From positions 34,472,001 through 34,536,000 of the forward strand of contig NC_091289.1 in NCBI RefSeq assembly GCF_032444005.1: a stretch of DNA of 64,000 nucleotides, in the 5' to 3' direction. The notes beneath the pieces were generated by a model. It ran no database searches. It saw only the letters and a program-made list of their open reading frames with translations, and was not told where the DNA came from. The position numbers and the translations under genes were made by a program. This DNA is from Ranitomeya imitator (taxonomy: Eukaryota). Numbering within the stretch: the first letter of the stretch is position 1; each line of letters starts with the position of its first letter. This document shows positions 24,318 through 36,799 of the stretch, piece after piece.

Positions 24318-24800
24318 GGTATTAAGTATGCAAATTTCCTGTTCAGAGAGAAAGAGGACTAGCACCTCCTAAAAGTCAATATTGACGCTTTAACGAGCCT
24401 TGTCACATGACATTGGATAAAAGCCAAACCAGAAACTCAATTTGCAGACTCTTTGTTTTGGGTTGTTGCCTGTCGTCAGCACAAAGTATGAGATCTGATT
24501 TGGCTAGGTCAGAGGCTTAAGACTGGGATCTATGGTGTAAAGTTTCTCCTTGTGGAGAGTGACAAGCCAGGCCTGGCATGTCAGAGTGAGGAGACTTATA
24601 AGGCATGCATTCTCGTCTGAGAAATTAAGTATGTAAATTGCCTCTTCAGAGAGGAAGAGGACTAGAACTCTAGTGCCACCTATTGTAAGAAGCAATTCAT
24701 TTCCCAGAGGAGCATGCATGGTGCACAAGTCTCCTCACTCTGACATGCCAGGCTTGGCTTGTCACTGTCCACAAGGAGAAATGTTACCCCTTAGATCCCA
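24318..24800 (-). mobile_element. Hammerhead-carrying repeat (retrozyme-like), copy A: monomer plus restart plus inverted segment
   Basis: The unit restarts 303 bp later (24324 vs 24627). 24695-24800 is the reverse complement of 24523-24625. Degenerate HHR at 24441-24485. Confidence 0.75.
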
Positions 24801-25051
24801 GTAAACTGAGATAAAATAAATGCCATAAAAGTGCTATAGCAAAATGGTATGTACTGCCATGCAACCAATTTGTAGTTGCTCCACTGCGTGTAAAATAAAA
24901 AGTGAAACAACTTTGCAGCAAAATGATTACAAAAAATGTGCAAACTTATTTTTAATTTTACCTCCATTGGTTTGAGAAAATTCGGTTGCAAAAGCAGACT
25001 CAGCTGTTTGGACACAAGAACAAAAAATGTTTTTACCCAATTGGTAAAGAT

Positions 25052-25290
25052 TAGTGATGAGCGAGCGTGCTGGGATAAGGTGTTATCTGAGCATGCTCGG
25101 GTGCTAATAGAGTGTCTTCGGCATGCTCAAAGAACATGTTGAAGTTTCCGCGCCTGCAATCCCTACATGTGTTGCGGCTGTTGAACAGCCACGGGGACTT
25201 GAATATATTTTTCAAGCTCGCCGAAGTCACTCTGTTAGCACTTGAGCATGCTCAGATAACACCTTATCCCAGCATGGACCCTCATCCCTA
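25052..25290. mobile_element. hAT MITE (239 bp)
   Basis: TAGTGATGAG...CTCATCCCTA termini, long internal palindrome, perfect 8-bp TSD GTAAAGAT. Confidence 0.9.
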
Positions 25291-25799
25291 GTAAAGATCG
25301 CACAGAAAATATTGATCATTGAAAGTATATGATAGCAGGTGAAGATTTGCAGAAGTAGCTTTTTATTTTTGCCCTATAAGATGATTTTTACCTTATTAAT
25401 ATACTGTATGAGGATGGGAGTGAAGTCCCAAATGACTTCACAACTATACATAGTGGCAAGCAATGAATTAGACAATGTCATTGCAATTGCTTGACACAAG
25501 ACAGATTACAAAGGGCAAGTGAGATGACTGTTGTCACTGATTAAACCGTCCACTTGAAGTGCTGCCAATAAAGTTTTTGTTCATTCAATTTAAACCCAAG
25601 ATCTTTTACTTGCTGCATATATTAATCTAGGAAACCTAAATTACATAGCAGAACCAATGTCTAGAGAAGTTATTACTATGGAGCTGAACCTATCTACGAG
25701 CATCTACTAAACACTCAAGGGGATATTGCTGCAGAAGCCTCTCTGTAATAACAGAATGCCTAATATAACAAGCCAAAAGTCTGGAAATAATACATACTT

Positions 25800-26182
25800 T
25801 AAAGAGGATCTGTTACTAGGTCAAAAGTGGCCGGGTTCTGCTCTTATTTTAATCCCGCTGCTCCCCTGAGTTTTCTGTTTGTTTTTGTGTTTTTTGTTTT
25901 TTTTTAATCGGCCATACAGTCCCTGAGATAAGGGTCTTTTTAATTCCATGGTCTTAAGCAGGGGGCGTGGCTTACAGTCTGAAGACACGCCCCAGAGGAT
26001 CCCGTAATTCACTCTCTAAGGTCGGTAACATAAAAATTAGCACTAAATAAAACATGCACAACCAAATGGCAGATTTACAAAAAGAAAAAAAGAAAAAAAA
26101 ACTGAATATCTCAGTTGAGCAGTAGAAATAAAATATGAACAAAAAAATGCCCTCTTCTAACCCAGTAACAGATTCTCTTTAA
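25800..26182. mobile_element. TTAA-flanked MITE (T2/Kolobok-like)
   Basis: TTAAAGAGGATCTGTTACT...AGTAACAGATTCTCTTTAA inverted ends. Confidence 0.7.
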
Positions 26183-26894
26183 GATAGAGCCATAGTATTT
26201 TAGGCTGTAATATTAAAACATTTCCTGCAATATATTTTTGAGACGTATTGAGATGTATTCACTCATTATAAGGCAACCTGTATATCAATTTTGTGGCTCC
26301 TAGGATTTTCCTGATGATGTCCTGTCCATCAGTCATGTGACATCTGCAGCCAATCAGTGGCCTCAGCAGTCAGATGACTGATGAAGGAGGCATCATCATC
26401 ACTGGAGTGGCAGCACCGAGATGACGAGAGAGAAAATTTCAGTGATAAATAACATTTATTTTTTGATTTTATGCCAATCTGCTCTGCCAAATTTTTTTTA
26501 AAGTCCTGGAAAATCCATTTAGCAAATTAATAATGTAATCATTTTCCTAACAGCAAAATCAGCACAGTAACTATACAGAACTGCAATTCCTTAGACCCAC
26601 CGGAGAAAATAACTGTGAAGTCCAGACCTGGTACACAGAACATATGCGCGTCCACTTTCACTAGCTGTGTAAACTGTGCTTCTATCATTGTACACAAGAT
26701 AAATCACAAATTAAACCTTATAGGTTATTATCAATCACTAGATTTTACAACCCAAACTGCATACATCATTATAGAGATTTATAAGACCTAATGACATTGG
26801 TGTACTTACTGTGAAAATCCACGTCAGAAAAACTGCCTTCGAAAGCCTTCCAACTTAATATTAAAGTTATGCTGGACTCATAAAATCCTCATTT

Positions 26895-27290
26895 TAATAT
26901 AATATGCAAATTGCCTCTTCAGGTAGGAAACTCTGGCGCCTCGTATTGGAAGCAGCAATTCTAAAAGTCAATATCGACCCTTTCACGAGCTTTGTCACAT
27001 GACTTAGGGCAAAAATCGATCCTGAATCTCAATTTGCAGACACGTGTTTTGAGATTATGCCCATCCTCGGTGAAAAACAAGAGATCTAATTTGGCTGTAT
27101 GACAGGCCTCTGACTGGGGTCACCCCTTAAACCCTAGTCAGAAGTTTCTCCTTCAGCCAAATCTAATCTCTAAAGAGACCATTTGCATATTTAATTTCCC
27201 AGAGGAGCATTGCATGGCCTATAAGTCTCCTTACACTGGAATGTCAGACATGTCTCTTCACGAAGGAGAGACATTACCCCTGAGATCCTA
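26895..27290 (-). mobile_element. Hammerhead-carrying repeat (retrozyme-like), copy B
   Basis: Homologous to copy A. Degenerate HHR at 27033-27076 with palindrome ACACGTGT. Inverted arm at 27181-27290. Confidence 0.75.
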
Positions 27291-27315
27291 TTTTAACACT
27301 AGTATTATATAGATA

Positions 27316-27773
27316 CTAGATTGTGGCCCGATTCTAACGCATCGGGTATTCTAGAATATGCATGTCCCCATAGTATATGGACAATGATGATTCCAGAATT
27401 CGCGGCAGACTGTGCCCGTCGCTGATTGGTCGAGGCAACCTTTATGACATCATCGTCACCATGGCAACCATTATGACATCTACGTCGATACTGTGCCCGT
27501 CGCTGAATCAGAAACGTGGGATTTCTACGTCCTTTATAACATCATCGTCGCTGTGCCCGTTGCTGATTGGTCGAAGCCTGGCGGCCTCGACCAATCAGAG
27601 AAGCGGGATTTCTACGTCGATGCTGTGCCCGTCGCTGATTGGTCAAGGCCTGGCGGCCTCGACCAATCAGAGACGTGGGATTTCCAGGACAGACAGACAG
27701 ACAGAAAGACAGACAGACAGACAGACAGAAAGACAGACAGACGGAAAAACCCTTAGGCAATTATATATATAGA
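27316..27773 (-). mobile_element. Non-autonomous Helitron (~458 bp) with (GACA)n
   Basis: Minus strand A|TC...CCCGAT-N8-ATCGGG hairpin...CTAG|T, with an internal tandem segment and a GACA microsatellite. Confidence 0.85.
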
Positions 27774-30311
27774 TAGATTTCCAAAATAATTGTACCAGTC
27801 CATTGTATTACTATTTAAGAATTCCTAAAGATTATATAACATAAACATTTTAGCATATGAAACTACTTCTACAGAGATTGTGACATATTTGGTAGAAATA
27901 CACCAATGGAATACGTCTATGTGTGTTCCAGGAAAAATGAGATTGAGGTGCATTTAAATTATAAGCGTCCATAGACTGAACACATTTTCCATTGTGTCAA
28001 GCTGTAATGAATCAACTCCAAGCGAAGATGTGACCTATTTTTTTTAGCAACAACCTATGCGTTGTCTTAATGCTTTGTGAGTATATTTTTATAAAAGAGC
28101 GAGCATTATTGACAGTGAAAAACATTAAAAAAGTGCTACCCATACCGATCGCCCACAGCTGTCATTCCAATGCTTTACCGATGCTCATTGGCCTCTTTTT
28201 CCTGGTCCAATTTCGACACACCGAAAAGCCTACTCAGCCAATCACTGCCCACAATGAGTATCCCACGGCCGGACTGGCCATCTGGCAATTCTGGCAAATG
28301 CCAGAAAGGCCTGTCTGATTGTGGTCTACCTTGTCTTCTACTTTGTTACCAGAATCGGTGTTGTCAAGACACCCATTCTGTTAAGAGTTGTGATGAAGCA
28401 CAAAATCACGGACTCTGTCACTTACCCCAGCAGGCCACGGGTATCATTAGAAATATTGGTCTTGTAGAAAAAATTTGCTTTCCTCCATCCAGGGTAATAT
28501 TAGTAATATATCCCATCTGGTTCATGGGGTGGGGTCAACATGTGCCTGTGCGATTTCAAATATCAGGGCTGAATTTTACTCCCAGTCCATACCTGGAGTA
28601 TCCTCTTAAACCAATCATTGATTGAAAGGGGATGCTTGTAGTGCATCAATGCGAGAGAAGGAAAAGGAGACCAGGAGGCATGGGTAAATGTTGTAATGGG
28701 AGCTGCGAGGAATCAGTTTGGGGGGGTATTTTTTTACTATTATTTTTGACATATCAGCCTCTGATTCGCCACTCCGCGTATGCAATGTGACTCCATCATA
28801 AACGTTACGGTACAACTGCGCTACCATTGACAATAAGCAAGACAATTTACCATAAGAGATGAGCAACAGCCACTATCCCACGACCACTGGACAGGAATCC
28901 TGAGGACCTCTTCATTCGTGGCTCTTCTTTTAATTAGCCGGCCTGGTGTGACATCGTCATTGCTATGTAATGCACAAACGGCATCGTGCCAGGGCGGCTA
29001 ATCAAATGGAAAGCCGTGGAGACCGCCTGGTAGAAAGCCGTTCTCATGGCTCTCGTCCAGCAGCCACAGAGTAAAGAACTGGTGGCTGGACTCACCTCCA
29101 TCTACCATAAATTTCTAATAATCCAATTGAAAGCCACAATTTGGTGACCAAACAGTTTAGACATGGCAACCACGTCATGGAATATGGAAGCCTAGAGGGA
29201 TAATACATTTACGTGCAACTTGCTACTCATAAAATCCATACATTCCCATATAATGCTACCTCAAAGTGTCGATATATTGTGCATCAAAACATTGTGGCAT
29301 GCTTCTTTAATAAAGGGGGAATTTAGTATTTTTTGTTTACCTTATAACATCCATTATAACGCAGAGATCACACTGCGTTTCTGCCACCACATCAGTGTCT
29401 CCATCGGGGCTTCTGTCTGAAGCCCTGAAAAGGGGGAATAAGGTGGAACCCCCAACGGAGCCACTGAAGCAGATGGAGTCACTTTGTGCTCTGCCGGTCT
29501 TCGTTTTGGCAATGTCCTTCTGCCCTATTGAGGAAGGCACAAAAGCTCAGTTGACCCACCTCAAGAAGGACTACGACTTCCTCATTAAAGTCAATAATAC
29601 CTTCTGGGTTTTGCCTTAGTCCTGACAATCAGGGCTTCAGACGGAAGTTGTGTCAAAAAGTTACATGAAAATAGTTCAAGTCGAAAGATAAAAATGATTT
29701 CAGGGACCATACTTGGATCCCGAAGACTACAGTTGCCCCTACCCTATACTATAATTTATCTTTACAGCTAAACTATGTTCTTTGAGGAGCTAACAGCCAT
29801 GGAGGCCAGACACTAATATGTCTTACGGCAGCACTTAGGTCTACAGCTTAGTCATTAGGTCTACCAGATCATATTTTGGGAATAAATATATCTATAGTAA
29901 CAATTGCTATTTACGGATCTCATCTGCTTTTCTAAGACCTTGGCAAGAACGGTATGTCCTCTGGTAAACTTTCTTTGAAGTTAAACAAAATCGTGTTGTT
30001 TTTTCCTTCCAAGCCAATGTAACATTTTCTCACATACACATTTTTATACAAATGCATTTTAAGTCCATTGTGTCTCCAAAGTCTCCTTGAACAACATTCT
30101 TGATGGCATCTACTGACCTTTACACTTTTCACAGTACGTTTGCTTGTATAATTTTGGTATCATTCTAACTTTCGAATCCCGAGAATGGTCAGTTGTCATA
30201 GGACATGGGAATACTGTTATGTCAAAAACTACTAACCCTTTGGGACGCCTTGACCACCAATAAATATGATATAGTTATAGATAACTGATACAAAGAATGG
30301 GTTATCAATAT

Positions 30312-30590
30312 TTAAAGGGGTTGTCTGGGACTTTCACATCGATGGCCGATCCTTAGGATATGTCATCAATGTCTGATGATCTGTGAGGGTGCGACACCCG
30401 GCACCTCCGCCAATCTGCATTTCCCAGTATCGGCGGTCGAGAGAACGTGCTCAGTTATGGAGCTGCACTTCACAACCTTGTCAACTGTGTCCAGGTACTG
30501 CACATCCGTCCCCTATTCAAATCTGAGAAAAACTAATGTGTGAATGTAGCCTTAGGATGCTAATGTTTCAAATTGGACAACCTATTAATA
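30312..30590. mobile_element. TTAA-type MITE remnant, same family as 55389-55967
   Basis: TTAAAGGGGTTGTC start and a shared ATCCTTAGGATA core. Confidence 0.6.
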
Positions 30591-31084
30591 TAATTATTAT
30601 CCACTGACCTGCTACAATGCCAAATTATTGGTATATCAAATGAGATGGAGTTGTCGGAAAGTTCAGTGACCACTTTCATCAATATTTCAAAAGATGTTTT
30701 TGAAGATTATTCTAAGCAGTTGTCATCCATTTGACACTCAGATGATAAATAGAAAAATGGAACATAGTGGTCAAGCTGCACGTTTATGGGAATCTAAGGC
30801 CACAATTCAATTTTGCCAGAATTATCAGAGTTGAGCAAAAATTTTGCGAATTTTGTCATTTTCACGACAGTTTCTCCCAGCTTCGCCAAAATTGTATGAA
30901 CTTGGGCTGAGCGAGGTTGCAGCAGGGGCATGATGTCATGGCTTGTTTAATTGGCGACAAGCTGCAGCATCCGTTATGCCAGAATTCTTACTACAGTTAG
31001 TGACTGGAGTAAGATTTGTGGCCAAGAGCATGAATGTGCAAGTCACACTTCAAACACCCCTGATTCATTAAGAGGTATGCGGCT

Positions 31085-31490
31085 CCTAAAGTATCAGGAG
31101 TATCTGACTTCAACACCTCCAAATGTATCAGGAGCATCTGACTTCAACGTCTCCTGAAGTATCAGGAGCATCTGACTTCAATGCCCCCTAAAGTATCAGG
31201 AGCATCTTACTTCAACGTCTCCTAAAGTATCAGGAGCATCTGACCTCATCGCCTCCTAAAGTATCAGGAGCATCTGACTTCAATGCCCCTTAAAGTATCA
31301 GGAGCATCTGACTTCAACGTCTCCTAAAGTATCAGGAGCATCTGACTTCAACGTCTCCTAAAGTATCAGGAGCATCTGACTTCAACATCTCCTAAAGTAT
31401 CAGGAGCATCTGACTTCAACATCTCCTAAAGTATCAGGAGCATCTGACTTCAACGTCTCCTAAAGTATCAGGAGCATCTGACTTCAACAC
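31085..31490. repeat. 34-bp minisatellite (~12 copies)
   Basis: AAGTATCAGGAGCATCTGACTTCAACGTCTCCTA repeated head-to-tail (e.g. 31327, 31361). Confidence 0.95.
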
Positions 31491-33179
31491 GACCTCTCAT
31501 CAAGGCGAATGAGAAAATCGTCATTAGTGATTTTTTCTTCAGGTAGGTATACTAAATATATAAATAAGTAACTAAGAAATGGAACAATCTGGGGGCATAA
31601 AGTGGGAAGAAAAAGACAGACTGGTAGAAAATATGTTGGAAAAGCCACAGAAAGTTAGAAACTAGGTGAAACCTGAACTTATGGTTCATTCAGACATTGA
31701 TTTTTCTCGCATTTTCATCAGTGCTTTTGATCATATTTTCATCAGTTTGTGATCAATGTGTCAGTTTTTACGATTAGAGTTTCATTGTTTTTTCTTGCAT
31801 GCAAAAAAAAACACTGATGGAGGTTTCTCAAGCTTCTCCTGTGAAACAGTCAGTGAGAAGCGGACAGCACTGAGATGGCAATCGCGTGTTGTCCAATTTT
31901 TTTTACCAACCCATAGACTTGCATTGGCGAACTTGATCCATGGCTAGGTACAAAATTGGACATGCCTTCTTGTTTTTTTTCGGACTGCTTAGTCCTCAAC
32001 AATACATGGACTTGTGACCAACCTCATAGACTGTCCTCTCCATGAAAAATTTGTACGTCAAAAATTGACTTCTGGATAAGCCCTTAGACTTTTCAACAGG
32101 AGTGAAAATTTTTATTGGAAAAAGTTGCAAACTCAAAAACAACCTATGATTTCTGATACTTCCTAAAGGGTTTTCAAAGAATAGGATATACACTAATATT
32201 CACCTTTTAAAAAATAAAAATCATTATTTCAACATTTCTATAAACTGGATGAAGCATTTTTAGGAATTGGCATGTTTTTAATTAAAACATTTTTTTTATA
32301 AAAAAAAAAAAACATCCAAATTGCTTGAAAAATTAGAATTGAGTTCCAGAACTCAATGTACCGAAAAGATTAATTGTCCAAAATTAGTGAATTTCAGGCC
32401 AGTTTATTAGCAGCTCAGCCAAATACAAACCATGAAAAAAGGGGGGGACGGCACAAAAATAAGCGTAAATCAGTGCGAGCCCTCAGGACCTTAGACATTT
32501 TTATACTGTTTGCTTGACTGCAATTATTACCACATGGGGCCCCATGAAAAAAGATAAGGCACAAATGTATTTGCATGAAGCAGATTATGTCTTTCACTTA
32601 CTGCATGAGTGACAAGCAATTCACTGGCACTCGCATTAACTGTTCATCAGCGATTCTCTCAGTAACTGGCTCTGAGCACTTATGAGGATGAGGAGGATAA
32701 TTTTAAAATCCATATAGAAATATTACACGCGTTCGGCTCATGTTTCTTACGTTGGTTAACACATAACCACCCAAGAACATTAATATTCAGCTAGCATGGC
32801 CATATACACACAACACTCTAGTAAACAGCGGGCAAACATCTATACCCCAAGAAAATGAAAAATAGGGTCACAATCAGGCTTGGACTGGCCAACGGGAGAA
32901 CAGGAGAATCCTCCAGTGGACCGCTGTGCAAGAGTGGACCACCACCCTCTTATATGAGCAGTAGTTGGCACTATATACTTGAATCTCTATGTACAGACAA
33001 TGGTGGCATCTTATTCATTTATCAATCTACCCAGTTCATTGTTATATAAATTTGTGATTGAGGACAATGTGACATTTGCAGGTAGCTGAAAAGTGGGTCC
33101 TGGAGTTGGTAACTGGTGAGCCCTTGGTACCTCAGTCTGACATTGGTCAGATATACAATAATGCATAGTAAAATAATTA

Positions 33180-33923
33180 CCGTATTTTTTGGATTATAAA
33201 ACGCACTTTTATGATCCCCAAAATTAGGGGGAAAATGGGGGTGTGCCTTATTAACCGAACACTGTTCATTCTGATGCTGCGGGCCCAGAACTGGCGGTGT
33301 TGCGATGGTGGTGCGGTGGTCCTGTGGTGTGCAGTGGTGGTACGGTGGCGAGCGGTGGTCCAGCGGTGGTGGCACGGCAGTGAGCGGTAGCCCTGAGGCG
33401 ACAGCATATGGCTGCCACCATTCTTCCTCCCAGGTCTGACGTCCGGCTTCCAGCTTCTCACTCGGCGCAGACGGAGATGGAGGAAAGCCGAAATCTCCAT
33501 CCGCACCTGCCTCTATGCAATGCCTCCAGGAAAATGGCCGCTGATGAAGATCTCGGCACCAAGATCTCGGGTGATGAGATCTCACTGCCAAGATCTCTAT
33601 CTCCGCATGTGCCGCCTCAGCAGCCATTTTCCCGGAATCCACTGCATAGTAAATAGAGTAAATAGTGCAGGGGCTCTGGGCTTTCACAAAATGTTGGCAG
33701 AGCCCCCGCACCACCGAACACTGAACACCCTGCTCCACTGTGGCCTGCACCACCGAACACCAGCAGCGACCCTGGGACCCCGCTTCACCGCAGCCACCAA
33801 TAAGACGCCTGGATTGTAAGAAGCACCACCATTTTATTAAAAAATGTTTTTTTTTCCTATTTCTCTCCTCAAGACTTGTGGTGCGTCTTATAATCCGTTG
33901 CATCTTATAAAGCCAAAATACGG
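33180..33923. mobile_element. Tc1/mariner-pogo type MITE (744 bp)
   Basis: TA|CCGTATTTT...AAAATACGG|TA with repeated TTATAA-GACGCA subterminal motifs. Confidence 0.8.
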
Positions 33924-35656
33924 TAAATGTATATGAAGAAAGGTGTCTACTGCCATAACCTTCCCATTGTACATGTATGTCTATGAGCTAGAATATTTTC
34001 CTATAAGTATAAGCTTTATATACATCCATTTGACCTACACACTTGCAATTTTTCACCATATCTTCCCCCTCCCCAGCAAAAACTTTCCCTTCAGGCCTAA
34101 GCCAAAAGACCCTACAAATGTAAGTAGACTGGGGGCCTGTGAACTTATGTAATTCTTCTGCACTGCAGATCATAGAGAAAAGGATCAAACCCCATCACAA
34201 TTTCGCAAAAAAAAAAAAAAACATCTCACGGAAGGAAAGTCATTTGAGTACTGTCAAGCCTTCGCAGAGCTGTTCATCAGATCAAAGTACTCTTAATGAT
34301 CAGTTGTAATTTGCTAAATAATGTCTCTCGTTTTCTTTTTCTCTCCTAACCGTAATTTCGGCAGCTGCAGAAAATCACTCATTTCTTTCATTTGTGTTTT
34401 TCAATGCCGGGGTAATTTACAGGAGAGAAAAAAAAGGCCAAAAAACCTGTTCGGAGAAGAAAAAAAATATGTTGATCTTGGCCATGTCAATGACGTTGAG
34501 GGTTGCGGAGGTTTTTATTTTTTTGTAATGTAGAAGCGAGAAGTGTGTCTGAAACGCGTTGGTGGAGGATGTTCTATGATAATTTCGGGACTGTCTTAAT
34601 GAAGTAGCAGTCATTAAAAGTAGGCAACGATCAGCAATTAGCAAGGTGTTTTTCTCATAACTTAGATCTTTTCGGGAATTTTTTTCTTGTCTCCATCTGA
34701 AATCCAGAAGGACGAGGATAATATATGCAAGACGCGAGAATATCGGTTGAGCATGTATTGAGGTGACTCACTGTGTGTACTATGTGAAAATGTTCACACA
34801 GGTAATTGTACGAGTCCTGGTTAATTCTGACTTCCAATCAACGTTCGTGTTGGATTTACTCCTGCGGTGCCACAGAGCTACTAAATCCTCATAAATGGCA
34901 CAGGAGCTGAGCGTTAGGCACATATAGGTGCATAAGGTTCATCAGAATGGTTTATAACCGTCATGAAATTTTTTTTTAATTTTTTTTTTTAATCTCCGAA
35001 AAAAAAGGTGCAGCTTTGGCTCCGGAGCTGATAATCACAATTTCACCTTGCTCATTACCGCCTGCAATAATTTCAACTTAGACGGATTCCTCAAGTTTGT
35101 ACATGACTTCTCTGGGTTATTACCCAGCTGTGCGGCTGAGCGGGGAGATAACCACATCCACAGCCTCTTATCTGTAATGATGTAATACATCCCAGCACTG
35201 GGTCCAGATGATTGGGGAATAATGGGATTGTAAGAACTGCAGAGATGACAACACGGCAATGCCTCCTGTCGCCCTGTAACGTGCAATCGTCTGATACGGG
35301 GGGGGGGGAGGAAAAAAAAATGGGGGAATATGAAAATTTTAAAAAAAGGGGAATATGAAAATAAACACTAATTCGTTTCGGAATCAAGTTAGCAATTTTC
35401 AGTCTGCCCAGCTGTTTGCATCGAAAACTAGGAACCCGAAAATTCACGCACCGTGCGAAAATTTCCCGGGCGACTGCAACCACGCAGTCTAGCTCATTTA
35501 GACAGTTTTGCAATTAAGTGTAACGGCTTAATTAACAAGATATTTTTAGATGCGACGCTATAATAAAGGCTGATAGCGTAGAGGAGAAACCTCCGGCATT
35601 GTCTGATATCGATACGCTCTGCCAGCGCCATCCTAGCACAAATACACTGCGCTTAC

Positions 35657-35738
35657 CTTCTGCAGGAGCTGGGAACCTGAGTACTTTGCTGCTATGGATT
35701 TGATCTCACCACCGAATGCAGAGGCCCAGAGCTTTACC
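35657..35738 (-). CDS. CACNA2D3: CACNA2D3 coding exon 2 (82 bp): (M)VKLWASAFGGEIKSIAAKYSGSQLLQK
   Basis: Acceptor tcttcgtcctAG and donor GTAAGC. The phase matches exon 1, and the peptide matches the recalled alpha2delta-3 N-terminus VKLWASAFGGEIKSIAAKYSGSQLLQK. Confidence 0.96.
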
Positions 35739-36353
35739 CTAGGACGAAGAGACATAGAGAGAAGCGTAAATGCACCAGCTTCGTTCCACGGAGAAAAACC
35801 TTTTCATTGAACACCCCCCACTACTACGGAAAACCAACAGCACTGCAGAAAAGGACATGGGAGCCACTTGCAAATCTGCATCTAGCCTTCTCGAGCAAGG
35901 TAAGGCCTCTCTGTGTCATGCATCTGCAGCAGCTCCTATCTGTATAAATGGAGACAAGGAACCTTCTGCTTTACTCCCTTAGAAATTACATTTTTTTTAG
36001 CCGTGCCGGTTCATTCACCATGGTTTTAATGCCGTAACGAAGCGCTGATAAAAAAAAAAATGTCAATATCTAAAAAGGATGATTTCAAAATCGTAAAGCA
36101 AGGTCAGAAATAGGCAGCAGGTAAATTGATATCGAGGTGACAAGAGGGAACGACAACAAACAAAAAAAAAAGCCTATTTCTCCTTCCCACACGACTATTT
36201 CTCCTTCCCGCACGACTGCATTTAATTGGCTACGTCAAAATAGCCCTTGGAAAAAAAAAAAATATCTGCAGTCTCTTAAACTTAAGTTTACGCCAACGTC
36301 TTCAGCCGTGAAAGAAATACGTAAAAAAAAAAAAAAAATGACTTGTCACTTAC

Positions 36354-36472
36354 ATAGATAAGGGGATCTGCTGCTCCGATCCGGTCGCTGGTTTTAGCGT
36401 CGTGTTCAAGGCTATCCAGAAGAAGAAGAAAAAGATCCCAAACGCTAGTGGAATGGTGAAGATCCCTTGCAT
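36354..36472 (-). CDS. CACNA2D3: CACNA2D3 first coding exon (voltage-gated calcium channel alpha2delta-3 signal peptide), MQGIFTIPLAFGIFFFFFWIALNTTLKPATGSEQQIPLS + 2 nt
   Basis: Manual translation of the minus strand. ATG in ACCATG context, hydrophobic signal peptide, SEQQIPLS motif recognised from vertebrate alpha2delta-3, then a phase-2 GTAAGT donor at 36353. Confidence 0.93.
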
Positions 36473-36799
36473 GGTTCCTGGTCTTGTGTCTGGAGAGGGT
36501 TGTACAGTAAAAGAAGTGAAAAAAAAAATCAGGCTGATTCTCTGGGGGGGGTTTTGGGAGGTTGAGTAGACTTAAAGGAATAAGAGTTGATCATTCATCA
36601 TTTTCCATCCGATAACAGTCCTGGTGGTGGAAGAGTAGACGGAAGAAGATGCGATGACTCGAAAAGTTGTGTCCTTGGTAACAGGAAGCGTGATGATGTA
36701 CCAGCACTGCAGCCTCGTGCCTTTACTTCTGTCCAACTCTGCAGTAAGCAGAGCACTGGAGTTACTTCTCTGACCTACTGAAGAGACTAGAGAGCTCTT

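Noticed and set aside
29340-29620. Coding-looking segment (74-aa ORF) in intron 2
   Set aside because: No recognisable homology in any frame and no convincing splice sites. It would need BLAST; not supported as an exon.
31085-31490. CRISPR-like appearance of 34-bp repeats
   Set aside because: The units are contiguous with no unique spacers, there are no cas genes, and the context is vertebrate.
33022-33903. 293-aa ORF
   Set aside because: Spans a GC-rich MITE TIR to TIR, is low-complexity, and has no recognisable domain.
1-35656. CACNA2D3 exon 3 (KYKEYEKDV...)
   Set aside because: Not found by manual reading; presumably beyond the window's left edge.
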